DNA from: Desulfuromonadales bacterium
GTDB lineage: Bacteria; Desulfobacterota; Desulfuromonadia; Desulfuromonadales; SZUA-540
DNA length: 64,000 nt
Reading direction: 5' to 3'
Assembly: GCA_033549025.1 (NCBI GenBank)
Contig: JAWSUS010000002.1
Span: 192,001 to 256,000, forward strand
Positions 10,801-19,929 of this stretch are shown piece by piece; position 1 is the first letter of the stretch, and the number at the start of each line of letters is the position of its first letter. The notes beneath the pieces are model-generated. The model saw only the letters and a program-made list of their open reading frames with translations, was not told the origin of the DNA and made no database searches. Made by a program: the position numbers and the translations under genes.

Positions 10801-13475
10801 CTGCCGCCGCCCGTCACCGCTACCTCGGCCAGGGTCAGGTCGACCGCGGTCTCGCTCAGGACCAGCGCATCCCCGCCGACGGTGCGCACGTCGCCGGAAG
10901 CCACGCGCAGCGAGCCGCCGTTGCTGGCGACCAGCCCTTGTGCCCCTGCGGTCTGGATGCGTAAGTCGTCGATGGCGATGGTCGTCTGGTCATTGTTTAG
11001 CAGGGAAAGGGCCTCGCCGCTACTCGTCCCCGCAACATGTACCCGGCCAAAGAGCAGATCCGCGTTGCTGCCGTTCTGGATGCGCAACCCCAGACCGTCC
11101 TGATCCTCCAGGACGGCGCCACGAAAATCGAGCGCCCCCTGATGGCCGTCCAGATCGATCACCCTTCCGCCCGTCTGGGCCAGAGTGCTGCCTGTGAATG
11201 CCCCGCTCAGGTCACTGCGGGAAATTTGCAGGGCGGAGCCGACGCCGGTAGCGGAAAGCAGGCTGTCGGCCACGCTGAGGGTGCCGGTACTGTTGTCCAG
11301 GGCCAGACCGGAGCTGGCGTAATCGCGTACATTGAGGTCGGCCAGGCCCAGAGAGTCAATGCCGCTGCCGACGATCCCGCGGGCGCCGCCGCTGATATTC
11401 AGACCGGACAGGCGGTTGCCGCCAGCCAATGCCACCACGTCGCCCGTACTGGCCTGACTGAGCGTCGGTCGGCCGCTGGTTGAGGCAATCGCCAGCTGAT
11501 ACTCCGGTCCTTCCGGTAGCCCTTCAAAGGAAATAAGCCGGGTGCCGAGATCGCCGATCCCCATGAGCTGCTGCCGTTGCTGAAGGGTGAGGGCCGGACT
11601 TTCCGCCCCCCCTGAGGCAATCTGGCCGGCGTCGTTCACCAGAAAGAGGATATCGCTGAGAGAGGAAGCCTGCTGGGCTTCCGCCAAGGTCATGGGGGCG
11701 CTCTGGGTCCCGTCGGCCACGGACAGGCCGTTGAGGTGAGTACCGTCGGCATCGACGAAGTAGACATCGACGGGAGCCTCTGTTTCCGGATCGACCACGG
11801 CGTACTCGTCGGTAATGGTCACCGACGGTCCTTCCTCCGTCCCCGGCGTCCTGGCCATATCCTGGGAGAAGGTGACGATATCGACGTCACGGATGACCGG
11901 CCGCATCATGCGGCGCTCGATCTCGGCCCGCGCGTAGGTCGGCGGCGCTTCCTGGATGACTTTGCCCAGCGGGATGCGCACGTTGGCGAAACCAAAGCTC
12001 TGGGCCCCGCGCACCTGGTCATCCTGGTATTCGACCCCCAGGCTCAGGCTGCTGCCCAGAAGGCTGAAGGGATCTTTGCGCTCATAGGCCAGACGCAGGC
12101 GCGGTCCGGCCACTTCCGGGGTCAGCGCGTTGTCGAACCAGAAGTAGCCGGCGTGACCCCAGAGGGTGTTTTTCTCCCCAAATTCAAGACCATAGCCGGC
12201 CTCAACGTCAAAGCCATGCAGGGGCCTTTCGCGGGTCTCGTAGAGGGTGGTGCGCACGACCACGGCGGTGCGGTCAAGTTCAACCCCCGTGGTCGCAAAA
12301 CTGTCAATGACATGGGAGGTGTTTTCGGGCAGATAGGCGTTGGCACGCAGCTCCCAGTTTCGTCCCAGCAGTTCGGCCCCCAGGGTGAACTGCTGGAAGG
12401 AAAAGCCGTAGGTGCTGCTGCGATTGTCGTAGAAGGCATAGGCGCCCCAGATGGCCTCGCCGAGAAGGGGCAGGCCGTGGTCGAGAATCTTCCGGTAACC
12501 GAGACCGTAGTTGCCTTCGAGGCTCGAATCATCGGGCAGCACCACGCGCAGGTCGGCGAAGAAAATCGCGTCATCCGTCTGCCAGAAAGGCCACATCACG
12601 CTGAAGCGCCCCAGGCTGCGATCCGTCCCTTCCTTGTACGTCATGTCCAGCTGCGGCCCCCATTTGCCGGGCGGGGTGAAATAGGGCGCCACCACTCTTC
12701 CGGCCGTCAGGGACTTTTCCTGCTCATAGAAGGGGACATAGTCGTCTCTGTAGCTGGCCGGCAGGGGTTTTGGGGCGGCCGCCAGTGCCGGCGCATCGAC
12801 GGGATAGACGGCGCGGTTGCTGAAAGCCTCGCCGGGCGGCGGCGAATAGGGCACCGGAGCCAGCTCGCGGTATTCCTGCCTGGCCGCCGGCGGTGCGCTG
12901 GCGACAGCGCGAGGGGCGACCGGGCTGGCCGATGACGCCGGCACGGCTGCACGCTGACTCAGGGCGGTCTCTTCCCGGCCGGGTCGGGGTGCCCTTTCGG
13001 TCTGAATCCAGATTTCGACCCGGCGATTCTGGGCGCGGCCTTCTTCGCTGCTGTTGTCGGTGACGGGCAGCGTGTCGCCAAGGCCCTCCACCAGGACAGT
13101 CGCCTCGGGGGGAACCTCCAGAATGCCCAGAAGATGGTCAGCCACGCTCTGCGCGCGGGCCTCGGAAAGCTCGAAGTTATCCTTGAAGGGCTGTCCGGGG
13201 CTTCTCTGCAAGCGCCGGTCGTCCGTATGACCGGCCACGTAAATATGAACGATGCGCAGACCGTCGAGGGCCATGGACAGCCCCTTGAGCAGAGCCTTGT
13301 CTTCGGCGCTCAAGGTATTGCTGCCAGAATCGAACCGGGGCCAGAGGACGTACTCCTTTTCCTCGAGAAAGGGCGCCGCCAGAGCCAGGTTATCCAGCGC
13401 AGCTTCCATGGCCAGCACGCTGCCGGGAGGCAACGCGAGCAGCATGGCCATCAGCAGGCTCAGCAGCCGGACCAT
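7866..13475 (-). CDS. giant surface protein: OmpA-like domain + inverse-autotransporter (intimin/invasin-type) beta-barrel + beta-helix-like repeat passenger
   Basis: Signal peptide MVRLLSLLMAMLLALPPGSVLA. OmpA motifs GHTDD..NFELSEARAQSV..GLGDTLPV..N.SEEGRAQNRRVEI. Barrel motifs GNYGLGYR, WGAYAFYD, QQFTLGAE, ANAYLP, GFDVEAGY, RMMRPVIRDVDIV. G/S/T/N/D-rich repetitive C-terminal region. Start uncertain (13475 or 13526). Confidence 0.85.
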   Translation of the reverse strand: MVRLLSLLMAMLLALPPGSVLAMEAALDNLALAAPFLEEKEYVLWPRFDSGSNTLSAEDKALLKGLSMALDGLRIVHIYVAGHTDDRRLQRSPGQPFKDNFELSEARAQSVADHLLGILEVPPEATVLVEGLGDTLPVTDNSSEEGRAQNRRVEIWIQTERAPRPGREETALSQRAAVPASSASPVAPRAVASAPPAARQEYRELAPVPYSPPPGEAFSNRAVYPVDAPALAAAPKPLPASYRDDYVPFYEQEKSLTAGRVVAPYFTPPGKWGPQLDMTYKEGTDRSLGRFSVMWPFWQTDDAIFFADLRVVLPDDSSLEGNYGLGYRKILDHGLPLLGEAIWGAYAFYDNRSSTYGFSFQQFTLGAELLGRNWELRANAYLPENTSHVIDSFATTGVELDRTAVVVRTTLYETRERPLHGFDVEAGYGLEFGEKNTLWGHAGYFWFDNALTPEVAGPRLRLAYERKDPFSLLGSSLSLGVEYQDDQVRGAQSFGFANVRIPLGKVIQEAPPTYARAEIERRMMRPVIRDVDIVTFSQDMARTPGTEEGPSVTITDEYAVVDPETEAPVDVYFVDADGTHLNGLSVADGTQSAPMTLAEAQQASSLSDILFLVNDAGQIASGGAESPALTLQQRQQLMGIGDLGTRLISFEGLPEGPEYQLAIASTSGRPTLSQASTGDVVALAGGNRLSGLNISGGARGIVGSGIDSLGLADLNVRDYASSGLALDNSTGTLSVADSLLSATGVGSALQISRSDLSGAFTGSTLAQTGGRVIDLDGHQGALDFRGAVLEDQDGLGLRIQNGSNADLLFGRVHVAGTSSGEALSLLNNDQTTIAIDDLRIQTAGAQGLVASNGGSLRVASGDVRTVGGDALVLSETAVDLTLAEVAVTGGGSALDFAGVTGQMTVTGTIASTGSTDAGVHIANSQLDLAANRLQVDSAAGTGVDIVETDGTLAFGRGSSVANSGGVGISVDGGSANLLYQGDLSHDSATSTVAIRNHTGGEVTFDSGTLVAGNGDGLQFRNADGVYNFRGTTTLVGGDAGIDILADSAGSFTFGSNTGIFTPSGSAFTLRDSSATVDFSGTITQNGPGNAVEVAKHTGGTVTFRTGTIEATGGNGLQFYDADGLYAFLGTNRLQGGNAGIDILAGSDGSFEFSSGTSIVNPTGAALTVRDSTADLVYSGSMSQANAASLLDVANHSTGTLTLRNGNLTASNGNGLQFVNADGTYELLGGTSLDGGDAGIDILADSAGSFTFGSSTRITNPTGSAFAVRDSSATVSYEGQLGQGNLASAVEVTNHAGGTLTFRNGAVTASNGDGLQFVNADGTYEFLGRTTLDGGDAGVDILAGSGGSFTFGADTSIVSPTGDAFRVNGSTASVTYQGDITQVRDAALVRVSEHASGTLTFNTGSLEATAGGGLLFSNAGGDYRFEGSTLLEELGSPVGIDIRNGSDGRFTFGSDTTIVSQSGTAFGLDGSAANVSYGGRIDSASGYIANINDLRAGGSVNFIAATPESRIQALTANNQGVRITNSAGNVSFDNLTLGSDTTRLINDPLYLDNNSGRYTFKDLDIFTNSGTGILARNSAEATLTVIDGLIDTTNAPAIDLDAITTNVTLASVHAVNAGDVGINLSNLSAGSRFQVLGDTSIDGATTSINIDGIGSGSAITFDQVDIIDRIGSAIAINDADGLINFGDITVTNPNNVGGNTITYTNSLADVTVANVDIGGSLGNSLHLENSAGSFTVNGGSITSGTAGIYARNIGELVAKNISFNLVDSGITLLQDTSSTMTATVSGNTLGLGGFAATSINGSTLRLDLSSNTANTFSLTTTGGASDGLIAIKGMTEGTSPAEVEAYLVSPDGANNVGTVDADAAGTFIGY
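8975..10660 (-). repeat. five degenerate 297-bp (99-aa) tandem repeats plus one partial, inside the giant gene
   Basis: The G[DNG]GL[QL]F anchor recurs at 10420, 10123, 9826, 9529 and 9232, an exact 297-bp period. Confidence 0.92.
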
Positions 13476-13654
13476 TCCCGGGCGCGAGCCGGCCGCTTTA
13501 TGGGTCGTTTCAGGGGAAAAAATCATAAAAAGGCATCCAAAAACCCCCGGCGGCAGGGGTTGGGTTCGATCAGGGGACGGAGCTGTCCCAAGCTTCATAT
13601 CGGTCCCACGGAGCCTAAAGTTTAGGGAAAAGGCCGCGAATTTTTGGCGAGCGT

Positions 13655-13692
13655 AAAGGAAACGCCCGGGAGAATGCCGATTCCCCCGGGCG
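13655..13692 (-). terminator. intrinsic terminator of glgP
   Basis: Minus strand CGCCCGGGGGAAT-CGGC-ATTCTCCCGGGCG-TTTCCTTT right after the glgP stop. Confidence 0.75.
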
Positions 13693-13696
13693 CGTT

Positions 13697-16204
13697 TTAA
13701 GGCGTGGTGCCAACATCCAGCGGCGCCAGCCGCCAGATATCGTCATTGTATTGGGTGATGGTGCGGTCGGTGGAAAACTGGCCGCTGGCAGCCGTATTGA
13801 GGATACTCAGGCGGGTCCACTGATCCTGGTCCTGATAGGCGGTGGCCACCCGCTGCTGGGCCTCGACGTAGCTGCGGAAATCGGCGGCGACCAGCCAGGG
13901 GTCCTGGGGATTGAGAATGGCCTGCACCAGGGGCTCGAAGAGGCCCGGCTCGAACTGGCTGAAGTGGCCGCTCTGCAGCAGCTGCAGGACCCGCTGCAGA
14001 TCCGCATCGGCGGCGACGAGGGCGTGCGGATCATAGTGCCGCCGCGCCTCCTCGACCTGCGCGGCATCCAGACCGAAGAGGAAAAAGTTGTCCTCACCTG
14101 CCTCCTCGCGAATCTCGATATTGGCCCCGTCCAGGGTGCCGATGGTGAGGGCGCCGTTCATCATGAACTTCATATTGCCGGTGCCCGAGGCCTCTTTGCC
14201 TGCGGTGGAGATCTGCTCGGACAGATCCGTCCCCGGACAGATGACCTCCATGGCGGAGACACCGTAGTCGGGGAAAAAGACGACCTTGAGGCGGTCGGCC
14301 ACATCCTCGTCCGCATTGATGCGGGCGGCGACATTGTTCACCAGCTTGATGATGAGCTTGGCGGTGGCGTAGCCGGGCGCCGCCTTGCCGCCGATGAGGA
14401 CGCAGCGGGGCGTCCAGTTTTCCACATCATCCCGCTTGAGGCGGTCATAGAGATGAATGACATGCAGGACATTGAGGAGCTGGCGCTTGTACTCGTGGAT
14501 GCGTTTGACCTGCACATCGAAGAGCGCATCCAGCGGAAAATCGACCCCGCAACGGCTCCGGACGACCTCGGCCAGGCGGGCTTTGTTCTGCCGTTTCACC
14601 TGCCGCCAGCGCGTCTGAAAGGCGGGGTCGTCGGCCAGCGGCTTCAGCTGCCGCAGCCGGTCGAGATCCGTCACCCAGCCCTCGCCCAGGGTCTCGTCGA
14701 GCAGGGTGCTCAGGCCCGGATTGGCCCAGAGCATCCAGCGCCGCGGGGTGACGCCGTTGGTCTTGTTGTTGAATTTATCCGGCCAGAGTTCGTAGAAATC
14801 GCGGAAAAGCCCCTCGGTAAGCAGGCGGGAGTGCAGGGCGGCGACGCCGTTGACGGAGAAGCTGCCGACGATAGCCAGGTAGGCCATGCGGACCATGGGT
14901 TCCGGGCCTTCCTCGATGATGGACATGCGGCGCTGACGGTCGCTGTCGCCGGGCCAGCGCCGGGCCACCTCGACCAGAAAGCGGGCATTGATCTCGTAGA
15001 TGATATCGAGCAGGCGCGGCAGCACCTGCCGGAAGAGACGCACGGGCCACCGCTCCAGGGCTTCGGGCAGAAGCGTGTGGTTGGTGTAGGCCATCGTTCT
15101 GGTCGTGATCTCCCAGGCCTCGTCCCAGCCCAATCCTTTACCGTCCATGAGCAGGCGCATCAGTTCGGGGACGCTGCAGCTGGGGTGGGTGTCGTTGAGC
15201 TGGAAGCAGTTCTTGGCGGCGAACTCGGCCAGGTCGCCGCTGCAGACGCCGCACCAGCGCTGCAGCACATCCTGCAGGCTGGCGGAGGCGAGAAAATATT
15301 GCTGGCGCAGACGCAGCTCTTTGCCGTTCTCGCTGGCGTCGTTGGGATAGAGCACCATGGTGATGTTTTCGGCGGCGTTCTTGGCGGCGACAGACTCGGG
15401 GTAACTGCCGGCGTTGAATTCCCCCAGGTCGAACTCGTCGGTGGCCGCCGACTTCCACAGCCGCAGAGTATTGACCATGCCGTTGCCATAACCGGGAACG
15501 GGAAGGTCATAGGGCACCGCCAGGACGTCGTGACTGTCGACCCAGCGGAAGCGCTGGCGACCCTCGGCATCCCGATAGGCCTCACTGCGCCCTTCAAACT
15601 GAATGCGCTGCGTGTATTCGGGGCGCTTGATCTCCCAGGGGTTGCCGGCCCGCAGCCAGTGGTCAGGCTCTTCCACCTGAAAACCGTTGACAATTTTCTG
15701 GCGGAACATGCCGTATTCATACCGGATGCCGTAGCCCATCACCGGCAGCCGCAGGGTGGCGCAGCTGTCCAGAAAACAGGCGGCCAGCCGGCCGAGGCCG
15801 CCGTTGCCCAGACCGGCATCCTGTTCGGTATTCACCAGCTCCTCCAGCTCGAGCCCGAGCTGATGCAGGGCCCGGGTCGTCGGCTCCGCCAGCCCCAGGG
15901 CCAGCATGGCGTTCCCCAGAGCCCGCCCCATGAGAAATTCCATGGACAGGTAATAGGCCCGGCGGCAGTTACGCTCGTCGCAGGCGTAGCGCGTCGTCTT
16001 CCAGCGCTCCATCAGGCGATCGCGCAGGGTCAGAGCCAGCGCCTCGTAGATGTAGTGGCGGGAGCGGCAATACTTGTCGCGGCCCAGGTTCAGCGTGTAG
16101 TAACTGCGGAAATCCTCGCTCAGACTCGCCGCGTCCATCCCCAGAGGGGGAAGCTCGGTGAGGCTGGCGCAGGGACTGCTCTTGTCCAGGGGCTTGGTAT
16201 ACAT
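13697..16204 (-). CDS. glgP: glycogen/starch phosphorylase
   Basis: DAGLGNGGLGRLAACFLDS, QLNDTHP, KRIHEYKRQLLN, and the PLP-lysine motif EASGTGNMKFMMNG. Start ATG 16204. Confidence 0.97.
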   Translation of the reverse strand: MYTKPLDKSSPCASLTELPPLGMDAASLSEDFRSYYTLNLGRDKYCRSRHYIYEALALTLRDRLMERWKTTRYACDERNCRRAYYLSMEFLMGRALGNAMLALGLAEPTTRALHQLGLELEELVNTEQDAGLGNGGLGRLAACFLDSCATLRLPVMGYGIRYEYGMFRQKIVNGFQVEEPDHWLRAGNPWEIKRPEYTQRIQFEGRSEAYRDAEGRQRFRWVDSHDVLAVPYDLPVPGYGNGMVNTLRLWKSAATDEFDLGEFNAGSYPESVAAKNAAENITMVLYPNDASENGKELRLRQQYFLASASLQDVLQRWCGVCSGDLAEFAAKNCFQLNDTHPSCSVPELMRLLMDGKGLGWDEAWEITTRTMAYTNHTLLPEALERWPVRLFRQVLPRLLDIIYEINARFLVEVARRWPGDSDRQRRMSIIEEGPEPMVRMAYLAIVGSFSVNGVAALHSRLLTEGLFRDFYELWPDKFNNKTNGVTPRRWMLWANPGLSTLLDETLGEGWVTDLDRLRQLKPLADDPAFQTRWRQVKRQNKARLAEVVRSRCGVDFPLDALFDVQVKRIHEYKRQLLNVLHVIHLYDRLKRDDVENWTPRCVLIGGKAAPGYATAKLIIKLVNNVAARINADEDVADRLKVVFFPDYGVSAMEVICPGTDLSEQISTAGKEASGTGNMKFMMNGALTIGTLDGANIEIREEAGEDNFFLFGLDAAQVEEARRHYDPHALVAADADLQRVLQLLQSGHFSQFEPGLFEPLVQAILNPQDPWLVAADFRSYVEAQQRVATAYQDQDQWTRLSILNTAASGQFSTDRTITQYNDDIWRLAPLDVGTTP

Positions 16205-16317
16205 GGATAGGTCCTCGGCCAAAAAAGGGGCGTCAACAGGGCGACACTCTATGCTTTACCATATTTTGACGCGATTGAAATACCGGCGGGCTTTTTGATC
16301 CCCGTCGGCGGCGAGGC

Positions 16318-17916
16318 TCAGATCAGGCGGAGCAGGGCGAGGTTGACGAGTCCGATGAGAAAGCCGAGCAGGGCGCCGAAGAGGTTGATGTACTTGAACT
16401 GCTCTTTCATGATGCCCATGAGCAGCCCTTCCACCTTGAGGATATCGAGGGAATTGACTTTCTCCTCCACCATGCGGCTGACGTTGAGGGTTTCCACCAG
16501 GGGCGGCACTTCCTTCTTGAGCAGCTCGGCCAGCTGCCCGTAGAGGCCGTCCACCAGCTCTTCGCGTACGTCCGCCGGAATACGGGCCGACAGCTTGCCC
16601 AGGGGGCGGCCGAAAAGCCAGTTTTCCAGCCAGTTGGACAACAGGGCGTCGAGGGCGTCCCGCGCCTCGGTGGAGCGCAGCAGGGCCAGCAGGCGCTCGG
16701 CGGCATAGTCGCGCCCCTGCTGCAAGCCCCCGGACGGCAGGGCCTTTTCCAGCAGGGAGGCAAAGGAGCGATCCTTGATCTTTTCAAGACCGCTCTCGGT
16801 CAGCAGCAGCAGAGAATCGACGGCCTTGCGGCTCTGCACCATCGTCACCACGCGCTCGCGGGCGAAGCGACGCATCCCCGCCACTTTTTCGTAGGAGACT
16901 TTTTCCAGGTAACTCGACAGCGGACGGTCGAGCAGAACGCCGACGCGCTCCCGCAGCAGGGCGGCCACTTCGGCCTGCGTCTTTTCTTCCCGCAGCCAGC
17001 GGGCGATTTCGTCCCCGGCCTTGTCGAGAAACTCGGGGATGCGGGCGTAGATCTTGTCCATGTTGATAAAGCCGGCCAGCAGCCCCGACAGCCCGCCGAG
17101 GGAGTCGAGAAAGCCCTCGATACCCTCGCGCCCTTTCTGCACCAGGCGCTGGCGGAAGTCGGGATCGTAGAGCATGCCGCCGAACTTCTCCAGCAGGGGA
17201 GGAATCTCCTTCTCCATCTGGACCAGGATCACCTCGACCAGATCCGCCGGCAGCAGTTCGCGGATCGACCGCGGCGAGGCCAGCAGACGTTCGCTGCGGC
17301 TGTCGACGAACGTGCCGACGGCGCGGCCGACGGCGGGGGAGGTCAGCAGCGTCGTGAGACGATCATCGAGATGGCCGCGCAGACCGCTGTAGCGCTCCGG
17401 CGTCAGAAAGCTCTCCAGATCGCGGGCCAGCAGTTCATCCCCCTTGCGCTGCAGATAACCGCGCAGCGCCTGCTCGAAGGCCTCGGAGTCGGCGTAGGCG
17501 AAGACCGACTTGACCACCTTGTAGCGCAGCAGATCGACCAGGTCGCGAAAACGGCCGCGGAAATCGACGGGCACCAGCGACTCGACGGTGCCCAGATCCC
17601 GATCGAGGAAGCTGCCGAGTTTGTCGGCTACCGCCCCCTTGAGTTCACGGCGGAAGCCTTCTTTTTCCAGCGCCCGGCCGACATCTTCGGAAGTCAGCAG
17701 GTGGCTGCCGACCATCTCGCCCATCTTCTCCGCCAGTTCGCCGCGCTTGGCCGGAATGATCCCCGGCGTCAAGGGCAGGCGAATCCCGAGGATGCGCCAG
17801 GGGCGTAAGGGGCGAAAGAGCATGCGGATGGCGATGTAGTTGGTCACATAGCCGATCAGGGCCCCAAGCAGGGGCGGCAGCAGATAAGGCAGGAGCTGTT
17901 CGTAGGACATCGTCAT
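16318..17916 (-). CDS. DUF445 family membrane-anchored protein
   Basis: N-terminal PLLGALIGYVTNYIAIRMLFRP..GIIPAKR and C-terminal I..FGALLGFLIG. Start uncertain by a few codons. Confidence 0.88.
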   Translation of the reverse strand: MTMSYEQLLPYLLPPLLGALIGYVTNYIAIRMLFRPLRPWRILGIRLPLTPGIIPAKRGELAEKMGEMVGSHLLTSEDVGRALEKEGFRRELKGAVADKLGSFLDRDLGTVESLVPVDFRGRFRDLVDLLRYKVVKSVFAYADSEAFEQALRGYLQRKGDELLARDLESFLTPERYSGLRGHLDDRLTTLLTSPAVGRAVGTFVDSRSERLLASPRSIRELLPADLVEVILVQMEKEIPPLLEKFGGMLYDPDFRQRLVQKGREGIEGFLDSLGGLSGLLAGFINMDKIYARIPEFLDKAGDEIARWLREEKTQAEVAALLRERVGVLLDRPLSSYLEKVSYEKVAGMRRFARERVVTMVQSRKAVDSLLLLTESGLEKIKDRSFASLLEKALPSGGLQQGRDYAAERLLALLRSTEARDALDALLSNWLENWLFGRPLGKLSARIPADVREELVDGLYGQLAELLKKEVPPLVETLNVSRMVEEKVNSLDILKVEGLLMGIMKEQFKYINLFGALLGFLIGLVNLALLRLI

Positions 17917-17951
17917 AATCAACCGGTCAGAGCGGGCTCAGGCAGAGACGC

Positions 17952-18947
17952 TCAGCCCTCCATCTCGATCAGGGAGTGATCGCCGATATTCATGCGGCGC
18001 GGATTGCCCACCAGGGCGACGGCGTCGCCGAGGATCGAATCGCGCAGCACCATGCCGCGCACCTGGGAATCGGTGTTGATGATGGAATCGCGGATGACGC
18101 TCCCTTCAATGAGGCAGCCGGCCGCCACCGACACGTTGGGACCGATGACACTGTTGCGCACCACCGCGCCCCGGCCAATATGCACCGGCTCAATGAGCAC
18201 GGTGTTGTCCGCCTGGCCGTGGCAATGATGGCGCTCCTTGAGCAGGTAGCGGTTGGTCTCCAGCAGGGTTTCGGGCTTGCCGCAGTCGAGCCAGGCGTCG
18301 ATTTCGGGTGCACGGAATTTCAGGCCGTCGCCGATCATGTTCATGAAGACGGCGGGCAGATAATATTCCCCCTTGACCGTCTCGCCGGCCTCGATGGTCT
18401 TATGCAGGTAGTCCATGAAGCGGGCGCCGTCCTTGAGGTAATAGAGGCCGACCTGGGCCAGACGCGAGATGGGGGTGTCGGGCTTCTCCACCATGTCGAC
18501 GATATAATCGCCCCGCAGCACGTTGACGCCGAAGCGCTGGTAGTCCTCGACCTCCTTGGAATAGATGAGGCCGTCACAGTCACCGCACAGCGCCTGCAGG
18601 CGCGTCAGGTCGGTCACGAAAATGGTGTCGTTGAACACCACCAGCACATCATCGCCGGGGCGGATGCGCGGCGACGCCAGGGCAACGGCATGGGCCGGGC
18701 CGAGGCGCTCTTTCTGCACGATATAGCTGCAGGACAGGGCCGGGAAGGTCTCCGTCATGAAGCGCTCGATCTGGCCACCATTTTCGTCGGTGATGAAGAT
18801 GTACTCCTCGGCCTGCAGGGGCGCCAGCCGACTGACGATGTGCTCGAGCACCGTCTTGCCGGCGACATGGACGAGGGACTTGGCTTTGGTATGGGTATGG
18901 GGCCGCAGGCGCGTGCCTTTGCCAGCCACCGGCAGAATAATCTTCAT
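17952..18947 (-). CDS. sugar-phosphate nucleotidyltransferase (long form, hexapeptide C-terminus)
   Basis: MKIILPVAGKGTRLRPHT..K; VEKP; WLDCGK; C-terminal left-handed beta-helix repeats. Confidence 0.9.
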   Translation of the reverse strand: MKIILPVAGKGTRLRPHTHTKAKSLVHVAGKTVLEHIVSRLAPLQAEEYIFITDENGGQIERFMTETFPALSCSYIVQKERLGPAHAVALASPRIRPGDDVLVVFNDTIFVTDLTRLQALCGDCDGLIYSKEVEDYQRFGVNVLRGDYIVDMVEKPDTPISRLAQVGLYYLKDGARFMDYLHKTIEAGETVKGEYYLPAVFMNMIGDGLKFRAPEIDAWLDCGKPETLLETNRYLLKERHHCHGQADNTVLIEPVHIGRGAVVRNSVIGPNVSVAAGCLIEGSVIRDSIINTDSQVRGMVLRDSILGDAVALVGNPRRMNIGDHSLIEMEG

Positions 18948-19053
18948 GGTGCCTCCTGGGAAGGGATTGTCATCTTCGCTAAGCTTGCGTAAGATGCATT
19001 CTTTTCAACGATATTCCAGCCGCGCTAAGGCGCCGCCGTGGAAAGGATAAAAG

Positions 19054-19923
19054 ATGAAAGACCATCTGGTACGTATCGTCAGCCGCGACGGTTCCCTGCG
19101 AGCCGCTGCCGCCACCACCACCGTCCTGGCCGAGGCCATCTGTTCCCGGCAGGGAACCGACGCCACCGCTGCCGTCGCCCTTGGCCGCCTGGTCACGGGG
19201 ACGGCGCTGCTCGGTAGCCTGCTAAAGGGCGATCAGCGCCTGGCCCTGATGATCGAGGGCAACGGCCCCCTGCAGAAGCTGCAGGCCGAGACCGATGCCG
19301 ACGGCCATGTGCGGGGCTCCATCCGCGTCCCCGTTGCCGACCTGCCCCTGCGGGAAGGCCGCTTCGACGTTGCGGGCGCCATCGGCCGCGCCGGTTTTCT
19401 CCACGTGGTCAAGGACCTGGGACTCAAGGAGCCCTACCGCGGCATGGTACAGCTCTATACCAGCGAGGTGGCCGAAGACCTCGCCTACTATCTTACCACC
19501 TCCGAACAGGTGCCGTCGTCGGTCGGTCTCGGCGTCTACATCGAAGCCGACGGCACCATCTCCAGCGCCGGCGGCTTTCTCGTACAATCCCTACCAAACG
19601 CCCGTGAGGAGACCCTGGCCCAACTCGAAAAACGTCTTACCGACCTGCCGCCGCTGACCACCCTTCTCCGTCAGGGGCTGGCTCCCGTACAGATTCTGGA
19701 GACCCTCTTTGAGGGCATTCCCTTCGACATCCTGGCGCAGACCGATCTGGAATTCCGCTGCAATTGCCGTCGGGAACAGGTTCGTCAGGTGCTGCGCTCC
19801 CTGGGCCGGGAGGAGCTGCGGGAACTCAGCGAGCGCGAGGAGGCGACCACGGTAACCTGTGAGTTCTGCAAGGAGGTCTACGCCTTCGACGGGAAGGAAC
19901 TGCAGGAGCTGCTTGACGCCTGA
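19054..19923 (+). CDS. hslO: redox-regulated chaperone Hsp33
   Basis: ALGRL.TG..L; YL.TSEQVPS..LGV; AGGFLVQ.LP; zinc motif CNC...CEFC. Confidence 0.96.
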   Translation: MKDHLVRIVSRDGSLRAAAATTTVLAEAICSRQGTDATAAVALGRLVTGTALLGSLLKGDQRLALMIEGNGPLQKLQAETDADGHVRGSIRVPVADLPLREGRFDVAGAIGRAGFLHVVKDLGLKEPYRGMVQLYTSEVAEDLAYYLTTSEQVPSSVGLGVYIEADGTISSAGGFLVQSLPNAREETLAQLEKRLTDLPPLTTLLRQGLAPVQILETLFEGIPFDILAQTDLEFRCNCRREQVRQVLRSLGREELRELSEREEATTVTCEFCKEVYAFDGKELQELLDA

Positions 19924-19929
19924 GCGGCG

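Noticed and set aside
13751..16210. 819-aa plus-strand ORF (likewise 29745-32078, 32283-34079, 36862-38661, 48198-50201, 52269-54131, 59690-61807)
   Set aside because: Mirror ORFs of well-supported genes on the opposite strand, expected from GC-rich codon bias.
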